A program made the translations under genes and the position numbers. This document shows, piece by piece, positions 8,098 to 17,546 of a DNA stretch of 64,000 nucleotides (its first letter is position 1; every line of letters starts with the position of its first letter). The stretch is from Candidatus Obscuribacteraceae bacterium. Lineage in GTDB: Bacteria > Cyanobacteriota > Vampirovibrionia > Obscuribacterales > Obscuribacteraceae. The stretch is taken from contig JBGAHS010000008.1 in assembly GCA_044226015.1 (NCBI GenBank), positions 256,001 through 320,000 of the forward strand, read 5' to 3'. The notes under the pieces were generated by a model. It ran no database searches. It was given only the letters and a program-made list of their open reading frames with translations, and had not been told where the DNA came from.

Positions 8098-10764
8098 ATG
8101 CATAAAGCTAGCTACAAGAAAACGATCTTCTGGCGAGGTCTGATATTAGTACTGGTGCCACTTCTTTTGGGGCTACTGGTACTATTTGGTCTCAACACAG
8201 CCTGGCAAATTTCGGTAAAGAGTGCACAAGAAGAGAGCCGACAAAACTTCCTGTTGCGTCAAATTAACAAAACTCTTGTTGCTTTAAACTGGCGAATGAG
8301 TGGCGCGCTCTCAAAAATGACCCTACCAGTGCCTGACTTTTTGCCTGAAGATGTTTTTGCAGCCAATTTGAAAAGCCAGATGGCAGATATCAAAGAGCGT
8401 GTAAAAGACGAGCCCAAGCGCCTTGAAGACATGAATCAGCTCGAAGACATTGTCTTGTCGGAAGCTGCAAGTCTGGCAGAATTCCCTTCTCTCGAACCTG
8501 GAAACATCAACGTCGGCACAGCAAATCAACTAGCTAAGACTGCAATGAAGGTCGCAGTTGCACACACCGAAATACGAAAAATTTTCGAACGTGAATTCGA
8601 AAACCTCAAGAAAGCGCGCGCAAAGGAAGACCAAGATTACACAAACCTGGCTGCGCTCATCAGCGTCGCTCTTCTTGCCTCACTCGGCGTCTCATGCGCT
8701 GTAGTCTTCGCATTTTCACAATCCTTCTCAAGGCGAATTGAGAGTCTTGCAAATAAAGCATCCAAACTCGCTGAGCAAAAGAGCATTGAGTTAGATTTGC
8801 AGGGAAACGACGAACTCTCCTATCTGGACGGTGTTCTTTATAATACTTCTCGCTTACTGGAAGAATCAGCAGCACATCGACAGTCGATACTATCGATGGT
8901 GGCACACGACATGCGCTCACCATTGATGGCGGCGAAGTTGTCTTTGTACATGCTGGACCAATCTGACGAAGATATTAGCGATGAAATGCGAGAGAATCTC
9001 GCAGATGCATCCAACAAGCTGCTTGCAATCGTGTCACACCTCGATGAGCTACTGGAAAAGCAAAGAGCATCACTGAGCGATGCAGAACAAAGCGGAAATG
9101 CAGAAAAGGAAGAAATAGCTGATTCGGCAAATGAAGTTAAGACTGGCACAGTTTCGGCGCAGGCGAATCCAGCAGCCGATAGCAACGCAAACACAAGCCC
9201 GGCGCAGGCGAAATCCAAAGGAGTATCAACAACGCAAGCGAGCCTGCAGCCTCCCACAAGCACCTCACTCGCGAAAAGCAACTCGCTAGGTTCAATCACC
9301 AAATCCTTGCTGACGCCACGAATATTTCAAAAGAGCTTGTTATTAGTTCTGATCCCAATGCTGATTCAAGGCTATCTGATCAGCCAGATTCAATCACAAC
9401 TAGCAGACATAAATCGTATAACAAAAATGGAACGCATATACAGCGACATGAACATCTACAATGCGTTGCTAACCAATGACTTTATCAGGGGAATCAGCCT
9501 AACCCTTGCGTATTGCTTGACGGGCTCGACAAAGTGCAAGCATAGAGCTGACAAGATCTTCGCAAACACTTCAGCGCTTTATGATGTGCAGAAAAAAGTT
9601 GTAGACGGCGACAAGCAATGGCTCGAAGTAATTGAACTTTCGAAAGCAACTCGACTCCAGCAAATTGGAGAACTAGGCGCATTAGCGCCCGGCGCCTCAG
9701 TTGAGCTTATGTCATCAGTTCTATTCAGAGCTGGAAGCCTTATCGAGCGCCCGAACAACGACCAACAAGTTGCAACTTCACGATCAATAGTGATGGGCGG
9801 ATTTAATGCTGGAATAAAACAAAACCAAATCAAACTTCGATTTGCAAAAGATGAACTCGATAAGACATTCATTTTGAGCTTGGCGGTGAACGTAATCTTA
9901 GCGGCTCTGGCTCTGCTAGCTTTCTCAAAAAACATTGGTGGCAGATTGCGGCTATTGATCGACAACGCAGTGCTCATCAGTGACAAGAAAACCATTACCA
10001 ATAAAGTTGGCGGACACGATGAAATAGCTTACTTGGGAAAAGTGTTATTCGATTCACACCAGGAGCTGGAAAGAGCATCCGCCGAACGCTTGCAACTAAT
10101 GAAAGAAGTAGCGCATGAAATGCAGATGCCGCTAGATAATGCATCGAGCTGCATCACTAAATGCAAGCTAGAATATGGAAGCAAATTGTCTCCAAGAATG
10201 ATGACGCAAATCGATCGAGCGCTCTCAAACATAGAACGAGTAACAGTGTTGATCGAAGACTTATTGACGATGGAAACTCTTGAATCAGGCAAGGTGAACA
10301 TTACAGTAAGACAGTTTGATTCACGAGAAATGGCGGATGCCGCGATAAATGCTGTCGCTTCAATCGCGAAGAAAAAAGACATCCAGATAGAGAATTTAGT
10401 GAAGAGTGTGCTCGTGAGCGCAGATCGCGACAGGCTAATTCAGGTGCTGGTGAATCTAGTATCGAACGCTATAAAATTCTCCTCCGAAAACACCGCCATA
10501 CAAATCTATAGTGAAGATCAAAACGAAAAAATCAAGTTTGTGGTTTCTGACCAGGGTCCTGGCATGGATGAAGCTACAAGATCGCGTGTCTTCGAAAAGT
10601 ACTTCCAGGCGCAGACTCCAGAACAAAAGCAAGGTTTCGGATTAGGTCTGGCTATCTGCTCTCTCATCGTCCACACACATTCAGGCAAACTTGGCGTGGA
10701 GTCGGAATTGGGAAAAGGAAGCAAGTTTTGGTTTTCAATCCCCAAGCATCAGCCGAAGACCTGA
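8098..10764 (+). CDS. Membrane sensor histidine kinase with two tandem sensor-HAMP-HisKA modules and one HATPase
   Basis: H-boxes AHDMRSPL and AHEMQMPL. HAMP motifs GNDELSYL and GHDEIAYL. N box NLVSNAIKF, G1 DQGPG, G2 GFGLGL. Confidence 0.9.
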   Translation: MHKASYKKTIFWRGLILVLVPLLLGLLVLFGLNTAWQISVKSAQEESRQNFLLRQINKTLVALNWRMSGALSKMTLPVPDFLPEDVFAANLKSQMADIKERVKDEPKRLEDMNQLEDIVLSEAASLAEFPSLEPGNINVGTANQLAKTAMKVAVAHTEIRKIFEREFENLKKARAKEDQDYTNLAALISVALLASLGVSCAVVFAFSQSFSRRIESLANKASKLAEQKSIELDLQGNDELSYLDGVLYNTSRLLEESAAHRQSILSMVAHDMRSPLMAAKLSLYMLDQSDEDISDEMRENLADASNKLLAIVSHLDELLEKQRASLSDAEQSGNAEKEEIADSANEVKTGTVSAQANPAADSNANTSPAQAKSKGVSTTQASLQPPTSTSLAKSNSLGSITKSLLTPRIFQKSLLLVLIPMLIQGYLISQIQSQLADINRITKMERIYSDMNIYNALLTNDFIRGISLTLAYCLTGSTKCKHRADKIFANTSALYDVQKKVVDGDKQWLEVIELSKATRLQQIGELGALAPGASVELMSSVLFRAGSLIERPNNDQQVATSRSIVMGGFNAGIKQNQIKLRFAKDELDKTFILSLAVNVILAALALLAFSKNIGGRLRLLIDNAVLISDKKTITNKVGGHDEIAYLGKVLFDSHQELERASAERLQLMKEVAHEMQMPLDNASSCITKCKLEYGSKLSPRMMTQIDRALSNIERVTVLIEDLLTMETLESGKVNITVRQFDSREMADAAINAVASIAKKKDIQIENLVKSVLVSADRDRLIQVLVNLVSNAIKFSSENTAIQIYSEDQNEKIKFVVSDQGPGMDEATRSRVFEKYFQAQTPEQKQGFGLGLAICSLIVHTHSGKLGVESELGKGSKFWFSIPKHQPKT

Positions 10765-11044
10765 GATGCTTGCTGGTATATCCAACTCGTCAGCAGAGCC
10801 AAGATCTCAGAAACTCTCTCAGCGAAATCCCACCGCAGAAGCTTCGCCAAAAGATTCCGCATCCACAGAAAGCCTAAATTGCTGGCTTCCTGCATCAAAA
10901 TCATGATGACCTAAGTCACAGTCAATCGTGACGGCGGTTAGTTGCGAAATGACCATCCGTGGGGTTATCCTGATTTTATGAACACAAAGTTCTACCGTCC
11001 GCGTTGGGCGGTTAGTCTCGTGCATTTTTGAAAGGGGTCAGGCT

Positions 11045-11851
11045 ATGGATTTTGGAAAGATACTAGTTAAAGGAACATCGGCAATTTTGCTGCTCTCTTC
11101 GTTTGTGTCACTTGCTGCATCAGCAGATGAGTTGAACCAAACTGGTATCAATTTCAAAGCTACAAAACATATCAGCAGCAGCTTGCCAGGCGTACCAGCT
11201 TACTTTGATGAAACCATTAATGCTCCATCAAAAATGATGATTGCAAAAACCACAAAATCTGGACAGCCAGACTTCGATAACATGAGCGAAGCGACACCTG
11301 TTCGCATAGGCTGCGGAATCGTTGTGATTGACGACCTCATAAGCAATGCGACCGGAGCCGGGACTGCTATTGTTGGAAGTCTCTGGGCAGCGGTTCTGGC
11401 GTTCGCGTGCTGCAGATCGTGGATTGCCGGAAAGTCAATTCCGAAAATGAAATTGGCTCTGGCGTTTGGAATAGCTGCCGCAGCATGGTATGCACCTTTG
11501 GTATTGCTGATCACCATGGTGCTTCGCTTCGTTTACCTCACTATAAAGTTTGCTGTAAAAGGAATATTTGCTTTCGCAAAATACCTGAGCCAATGGGCTG
11601 AGAAATACGATGATGACTGGATAGACAGTGTCAAATCCAGAGAATCGGATGCATCATCTAATCAAACGAAAACAGACTCAAAACAATCTGGCTCAAAAGA
11701 ATCTGGCTCAGAACAAGACAATTTCAGTGATGAGAATTTCCAAGACAACTCAACCTACTTAGCAGTTCTCGAAAGATGTCTGAATGAATCAAACGCAGCT
11801 AAAGCAAACAGCCAAACGAAGGAAGAGAAAGAGTTATGTCAGCTGAAGTAA
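11045..11851 (+). CDS. Hypothetical membrane protein with signal peptide
   Basis: Signal-like N-terminus and hydrophobic helices. Overlaps the start of the next gene. Confidence 0.65.
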   Translation: MDFGKILVKGTSAILLLSSFVSLAASADELNQTGINFKATKHISSSLPGVPAYFDETINAPSKMMIAKTTKSGQPDFDNMSEATPVRIGCGIVVIDDLISNATGAGTAIVGSLWAAVLAFACCRSWIAGKSIPKMKLALAFGIAAAAWYAPLVLLITMVLRFVYLTIKFAVKGIFAFAKYLSQWAEKYDDDWIDSVKSRESDASSNQTKTDSKQSGSKESGSEQDNFSDENFQDNSTYLAVLERCLNESNAAKANSQTKEEKELCQLK

Positions 11852-13005
11852 TTGCCTCACTGATGCCTCCGCCAACAGCAGGGCTTCCCAGCACAGAAGC
11901 AACGATCAGCGATAGCGGTGCTGACTCGGGCAGCAAAGACAAATCAGAGCGCAAGAACTACGAATGGATCCTGCACCCCGCAATAGACATTCTCTTTTGC
12001 TGCGGGGGCTTGCTCTGGATACTTTTCGCACTGCATTTTCTCGTTGTCATCCCACACAAAGCAGCTCAGCTTCTACAAGTCCTCGCATTCGTCTCAGTTG
12101 CAGGAACTCACCTCTTCAGCGAGACGCATACCATAGCAACTCTAGCAAGAATTTTTCGAAACGAAGAAAGCCAAAAGGAATACTCATTCTATACAAATGG
12201 AGCTGTCATCGCTGGTGCCACAGCTATTCTTGCAGGCTTGTTTGTGCCGGGCGTGACACCAATTCTAGCAAAGCTCTATCTCTTGTGGGTGATTCAACAC
12301 TTCACTGCGCAAACATTTGGATTGACCCTTTTGTATTGTTATAAAAGAGAATACTGGCTCTCAAGGTTTGAGAAGGGCACACTTTCCGCGCTACTCAATT
12401 GCACTGCTGCAATGGCGATTATTCGTCAATTCACATTCAAAGAATGGTCGGCAAATGGATTTCTTGCTCAGCAAATTCCCTTCTGGGGTCCATTGCCTGA
12501 ATGGATCTTTCAAGCAAGCACCATCGCTGTAGCTGTTACAGCAGTCTTATTTGTTGCATTAGTCATAAAGAAAGCAATAACCGAAAAGAAGGTTCTACCT
12601 CTTCCAGCAGCCATGCTCATCTTAACTGGAGTTGGGATGTTCTGTGTTCCCATCAATGTAACTTCAGTGCTGTTTCTCTATGCACCAGCGTTCTTCCATG
12701 GAGCACAATATCTCGTGCTAAGTTCCGCCGTATATTTAAAAGAGCAAGGACTTCCAGAAGGTTACAATCCATCGCAGATATTCTCTGTACTCAAGCAAGG
12801 AACAGGGCTACGTTACCTGGGCATGTTGTTTATAGGAGCCATGGCAGTTTACCTGGGAATACCTCGCCTACTGCAAGAATTCGGCTTCAACTTTGGGCTG
12901 ACATTCGCCACCATATTCAGTGTCATAAGCCTGCATCACTTTGTCACTGACCAAGCTATCTGGAAACTTCGCGACCCCAAACTGCGCAAAATGATACTAT
13001 CCTGA
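11836..13005 (+). CDS. Polytopic membrane protein with His motifs (possible membrane metalloenzyme)
   Basis: Many TM helices with motifs HLFSETH, QHFTAQ, FHGAQY and LHHFVTDQAIWKLRDP. Confidence 0.75.
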   Translation: MSAEVIASLMPPPTAGLPSTEATISDSGADSGSKDKSERKNYEWILHPAIDILFCCGGLLWILFALHFLVVIPHKAAQLLQVLAFVSVAGTHLFSETHTIATLARIFRNEESQKEYSFYTNGAVIAGATAILAGLFVPGVTPILAKLYLLWVIQHFTAQTFGLTLLYCYKREYWLSRFEKGTLSALLNCTAAMAIIRQFTFKEWSANGFLAQQIPFWGPLPEWIFQASTIAVAVTAVLFVALVIKKAITEKKVLPLPAAMLILTGVGMFCVPINVTSVLFLYAPAFFHGAQYLVLSSAVYLKEQGLPEGYNPSQIFSVLKQGTGLRYLGMLFIGAMAVYLGIPRLLQEFGFNFGLTFATIFSVISLHHFVTDQAIWKLRDPKLRKMILS

Positions 13006-13124
13006 GAACACCAAATCGATCGCTCGCAACTGCTCTCGGTGAAGCGATTTGCTGGCCGCCGTAAGTCGGAAATACTGGCCGACCCAACACTCATTCACAG
13101 AGATTTCACGTCAGCAATCTTAGT

Positions 13125-13424
13125 ATGCAAGGCAGGAGCGAGAGCTCCGAGTCGACCCCCGCATACACAATATACATAAAGACAATGGATAGACAATCAA
13201 GCGACCTAGATAATGGACCCATGTCCGATCAAAATGTATTAGCTAGAGGATGCGCATTTTCAGCGCTAGTAGGCGCGGTGCAGAAACTTAGCCTGGCTGA
13301 CTTCTATAAAGACGCGGAGGAGTGTAGAACTCGATTAAACGTCATTGAACAAAGCAAAGCCTCCACGGAACCGACAGCTCTTGTCTTTGACGACATCAAA
13401 TCCGGCAAAAATAGAAGTACGTAA
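13125..13424 (+). CDS. Hypothetical protein
   Basis: 99-aa ORF in an intergenic gap with no recognisable motif. Confidence 0.35.
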   Translation: MQGRSESSESTPAYTIYIKTMDRQSSDLDNGPMSDQNVLARGCAFSALVGAVQKLSLADFYKDAEECRTRLNVIEQSKASTEPTALVFDDIKSGKNRST

Positions 13425-13453
13425 GATTTCTGTTTTCTACGCCCTTGGCGACA

Positions 13454-13782
13454 CAGAAAAAATTAGAAACTACATCGGTACCGTTTGAGTTCTGAGAATA
13501 TCTGCGCCCCTACCGCCGCAGAAAAACCTAGGAACTACATCGGTACCGTTTTGAGTTCTGAGATTATCTGCGCTCCTCCCGCCGCAGAAAAACCTAGGAA
13601 CTACATCGGTACCGTTTGAGTTCTGAGAATATCTGCGCCCCACCGCCGCAGAAAAACTTAGGAACTACATCGGTACCGATTGAGTTCTGAGAATATCTGC
13701 GCTCCTCCCGCCGCAGAAAAACATGAAAACTACATCGGTACCGTTTGAGTTCTGAGAATATCTGCGCCCCACCGCCGCAGAA
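13454..13782. repeat. Tandem array of five ~65-bp units, each with an internal palindrome and a hairpin
   Basis: Units start at 13454, 13519, 13585, 13649 and 13714. Core AACTACATCGGTACCGTTTGAGTTCTGAGAATATCTGCG-loop-CGCAGAAAAA. Confidence 0.95.
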
Positions 13783-14180
13783 TCAGCCCGAGATTCCTTA
13801 AAAGCGACTCACAATCCACTCAATTGATGGGTTCGCCTCCTACTAGCAGACGACCATTGACAAGTCTTGGCACTGGAAGCAGCTGGTAGCAGCACAATAT
13901 GAGCATTAGAGTTCCAAGCATAGCACCTAGCATTATTCACCAAACGCATAGCCCCAATGTGAACTATGCATTGGACGGATGTCACCTCTTGACCTATTCT
14001 AGAGTGACCAACTGACGAACGAGTTCAGTTGCCTTTGTAAACCATAAACCAAGAACGAACGAACTCGCGTTGAGTTTCGTGCCGTCTAACTTATGTCGCA
14101 AACAAAGAAAGCGCAAAAGCGCTCTAAAGGAAGAATGGCGCAAGCCCGCGCAGAGGATGAGCGAAAGCTCAATAAACAAA

Positions 14181-15221
14181 ATGAACAATCCAGCAAATAC
14201 TCTAAACACGAACAACTTGGACAGCAGAAGTGTTGCGTTCAAAAGCACTTCAATCGGCGACATAGCTGTAGGAATCGCTAAGAGAATCATGGCTGAAGTG
14301 ATTGCTTATCAACGAGTGCCAGAGGGCGTGAACGCTTGCAGCAGAGGCTGTGCACATTGCGCTTCAATGCATCTGGACAAAATCATCACTGCTGTAAAAA
14401 AGAACGAGGCAGTCACTTTCATATTGCCTGCGTTTCCCGGAAAGTCACCAAATCCTGAGAAGGTTCTAGGTCATCTTCCCGACCACGCTGAGCGGCTCTC
14501 ATTAACCTTTCTCGGCAATCTCTGCGCTCGCATCAAAGAGTTTTACATTCCAGGAATCAAAATTATTCTTTGCTCTGACGGTAGAGTTTTCAGTGATGTT
14601 GTGGGAATGCAAGAAAGCAACGTAACAGCATACCAGGTAGAGCTGGACAGGCTCATCAAAGAACTAAAGCTCACAGACATTTCAACATTCAACCTCGACC
14701 ATTTCTACAAAGGACTTCACTTTGAGCAAATGCGCGAAGAGCTGATGGCACGCTTCGGACAATCATTAGATATGCTCAAGCAAAAGGTTCGCAACGGTGC
14801 AAATCAATTTGCCAGCGCTGAAGAACATGAAGCCAATCGCATGTACAGTGGTATTACTCGCTTTTTATTTGAAGATTCCATGCATGCAGGACAAACTAAG
14901 AGCAGGTCAGCTGTACAAAAGGAAGCTCGCGCCAGAGCCTACGAGGTAATCAGAAGAAGCAACGCGTGGAGCAATCTGCTTTTCGAACACTTCCCGGAAG
15001 CTGTTCGACTCTCGATTCACCCACAAACATGCGGTTCAAGAAAACTTGGAATCAGATTGATCGGAAATGAATCGTGGATGACGCCCTGGCACGGAGTTGC
15101 TGTAGAGAGCACGAACGGATTTGTTCTTCTGAAACGAGCAGAGGCAGAAGCGCTAGGTGCAAAACTGGTTTTCACAGCAAACGGTCAACCAAGCCATTTT
15201 CAATTAGGAGTAGAGGCGTAA
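14181..15221 (+). CDS. isnA: L-Tyr/L-Trp isonitrile synthase (IsnA/PvcA/Dit1 family); frame open from 14070
   Basis: LPAFPGKSPN, CSDGRVFSD, VRLSIHPQ and TPWHG motifs. Confidence 0.93.
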   Translation: MNNPANTLNTNNLDSRSVAFKSTSIGDIAVGIAKRIMAEVIAYQRVPEGVNACSRGCAHCASMHLDKIITAVKKNEAVTFILPAFPGKSPNPEKVLGHLPDHAERLSLTFLGNLCARIKEFYIPGIKIILCSDGRVFSDVVGMQESNVTAYQVELDRLIKELKLTDISTFNLDHFYKGLHFEQMREELMARFGQSLDMLKQKVRNGANQFASAEEHEANRMYSGITRFLFEDSMHAGQTKSRSAVQKEARARAYEVIRRSNAWSNLLFEHFPEAVRLSIHPQTCGSRKLGIRLIGNESWMTPWHGVAVESTNGFVLLKRAEAEALGAKLVFTANGQPSHFQLGVEA

Positions 15222-15222
15222 A

Positions 15223-16074
15223 ATGCAAGCTTGTGATGTACAAATTAAAGTTACCCAAGTTAAGCCCTTCGGTGTAATTGTCGAACCTGTCGGCATAAAC
15301 GTGAGAGTTCAAGACTTGAACGTCGAAGAGTTGCGCTCGCTATTTCAACAACACCAACTTGTTGTTTTGAGAGGATTCAAAACTTTCCAAAACTCTGACT
15401 CATTCGCTGATTACTGCGAAGCATGGGGAGAAGTGAGCCTGTGGCCATTCGGAAAAGTACTTGAGTTAATCGAACAAGATAATCCAGAAGATCACATCTT
15501 TGACCATAGCTACGTCCCGCTTCATTGGGATGGTATGTACCGCCCACAAATTCCCGAATATCAGATCTTCCACTGTGCACAGGCACCACTGGCGGGGCAA
15601 GGTGGACAAACGACTTTCTCAAATACAATTCTTGCCCTCAAAAATGCAAGCGAAGAGACCAAGGCAGAATGGGCTAAAGTAACAGGCTGTTACCAGAGAA
15701 AGATGGAGTTCTACAATAGCAAGACGGTCTCGCCGATCATCACAAAACATCCCCACCGAGATGTTTCAGTAATCAGATACAACGAACCACCTTGTGAAGA
15801 ACAGGGAAACTTCGTGAATCCACCAATTTTGGAATTTACAGGTATAGAACCTGAAGAGCTGGAAGCATTCCACTCTAGCCTGCAAGAAGCACTTCATTCT
15901 ACAGACTGCTTCTATGCTCATGAATGGCAAAATGGCGATGTAGTTATCGCAGACAATTTTTCGTTATTACACGGCAGAGAAGGGTTCGTCTCCAAGTCAC
16001 CTCGTCATATTCAACGAGTACACGTTTTGAGCAATCCACCTTTTGCAAACCCTGGTCTGGAGTCGTACGTATGA
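15223..16074 (+). CDS. isnB: TauD-like Fe(II)/2-oxoglutarate dioxygenase (IsnB/PvcB)
   Basis: LHWDGMY (HxD), GGQTTFSNT and DNFSLLHGR. Starts 1 bp after the isnA stop. Confidence 0.92.
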   Translation: MQACDVQIKVTQVKPFGVIVEPVGINVRVQDLNVEELRSLFQQHQLVVLRGFKTFQNSDSFADYCEAWGEVSLWPFGKVLELIEQDNPEDHIFDHSYVPLHWDGMYRPQIPEYQIFHCAQAPLAGQGGQTTFSNTILALKNASEETKAEWAKVTGCYQRKMEFYNSKTVSPIITKHPHRDVSVIRYNEPPCEEQGNFVNPPILEFTGIEPEELEAFHSSLQEALHSTDCFYAHEWQNGDVVIADNFSLLHGREGFVSKSPRHIQRVHVLSNPPFANPGLESYV

Positions 16075-17546
16075 TCACACATGTTGCAGACATTCTTGTT
16101 GTTGGCGCTGGTCCAGTTGGACTCATGTGCGCGTACCTCGGACAGCTTTGCGGCATCAATGTTGTTGTCATCGACAAAACTGATGGACCTTTGAAGACAG
16201 GCAGAGCAGACGCACTCAATGCGCGAACACTTCAACTGCTTGAGCTGGCGAACCTATTCAATGATCTCTACCCGTCGGGAAAAACGTGCAACACCAGTTC
16301 TGTCTGGGCGAACGGCAATTTTGTTTCGCGCCAATCGAAATGGTGGGAAGCCCTCCAGGGATGTCTGCACAAACATTTCTTGATGCTGGGGCAATCACAC
16401 GTTGAAAAACTTCTCGATCAAAAACTCAGCGAGTTGAATGCTGCAGTTAAGCGCTCTACTTCGATAGAGAATATTGAACTCAACTCTACTGGCTGCCTGA
16501 CGACCCTTTCAAATGGCGAAAGAATTCAATCGCGTTATGTAATAGGAGCAGACGGATCTCAGTCATTCATTCGCAATCATTTCGAAATCCCCTTTGAAAT
16601 TACACGTCCACAAATAGTCTGGGCAGTCATCGATGGAGTAATTGAAACAGACTTCCAAAAAGTTCCAGAAATAATCGTGTTTCAGGCGGAGACATCAGAT
16701 GTAGCGTGGATTCCTCGTGAAGGCGAAATCGATAGATTTTACGTCCGCATGGATACCAAAGAATTTACGATGGAAGAAGCAGTTGCAAAAATAAATCGAG
16801 CGATGCATCCGCACACACTGTCATTCAAATCTATTGAATGGTTCTCACAATTCTCAGTGAAAGAGTCTGTCGCGCAGAACTTCTTTGTGCATGACCGCGT
16901 ATTCCTTGCAGGCGATTCTTGCCACATCCATTCAGTCAATGGCGGACAGGGTCTCAACACGGGTCTGGCTGACGCGTTCAACCTGATGTGGAAACTAAAC
17001 ATGGTACTCAATTTCCGAGCTCCGAAAGAACTCTTGCAGAGCTATGAAGCAGAACGCAAACCAATAGCGCAATCAGTTATTGAGGCATCTGGTGAGCTGG
17101 TGCGTTCAACAAAATTCTCCGACAGCGGAACTCACGCAGAAGACTACGTCAAGATTGTCGAAAAACGAGCCGGCAACATCACCGGTATGGGCATTCGCTA
17201 TGGCGAAGAAGGCATCAAAGGCACCCGCGTTTTTGATTTCGAACTATTTGAAGGCGACAAAAAGACAAGGCTCTACTCTTTGCTCGACTACACAAAATTC
17301 ACCCTGCTAATCTTTGGTGATTGCGCATTGAACCAGAAGATTCCAGCGTTCGTGAATGTAATTCATGTTCATTCTGCACAAACTTCAGCGCAAGATTCTG
17401 CACAAAACGCTGAGCGAATCTGGGCAGATAATGCACCCTACACCAATCAGGCGATTCTCGTTAGACCTGATTCTTACATTCAGGATGTAGCTCCACTCAA
17501 CAAAATAGATTCACTCTTCGAGTTTGCATCATGTGGAAAAATCTAA
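16071..17546 (+). CDS. FAD-dependent monooxygenase (PheA/TfdB-like)
   Basis: GAGPVGL, IGADG and LAGDSCHIHSVNGGQGLNTG. ATGA overlap with isnB. Confidence 0.92.
   Translation: MITHVADILVVGAGPVGLMCAYLGQLCGINVVVIDKTDGPLKTGRADALNARTLQLLELANLFNDLYPSGKTCNTSSVWANGNFVSRQSKWWEALQGCLHKHFLMLGQSHVEKLLDQKLSELNAAVKRSTSIENIELNSTGCLTTLSNGERIQSRYVIGADGSQSFIRNHFEIPFEITRPQIVWAVIDGVIETDFQKVPEIIVFQAETSDVAWIPREGEIDRFYVRMDTKEFTMEEAVAKINRAMHPHTLSFKSIEWFSQFSVKESVAQNFFVHDRVFLAGDSCHIHSVNGGQGLNTGLADAFNLMWKLNMVLNFRAPKELLQSYEAERKPIAQSVIEASGELVRSTKFSDSGTHAEDYVKIVEKRAGNITGMGIRYGEEGIKGTRVFDFELFEGDKKTRLYSLLDYTKFTLLIFGDCALNQKIPAFVNVIHVHSAQTSAQDSAQNAERIWADNAPYTNQAILVRPDSYIQDVAPLNKIDSLFEFASCGKI

Noticed and set aside
13454..13782. 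CRISPR array
   Set aside because: Whole units repeat, there are no unique spacers and there are no cas genes in the window.
13454..13782. Tandem intrinsic terminators
   Set aside because: The A-run follows the hairpin on the plus strand, so neither strand has a hairpin followed by a U tract.
14095..14150. c-di-GMP-I riboswitch (GCAAA...GAAA...GCAAA...CTAA...ATGG)
   Set aside because: The stem around GAAA cannot pair; the resemblance is only partial.
15924..16070. N-terminal extension of the monooxygenase ORF
   Set aside because: It overlaps isnB. The ATGA-coupled start at 16071 directly precedes the FAD-binding motif.
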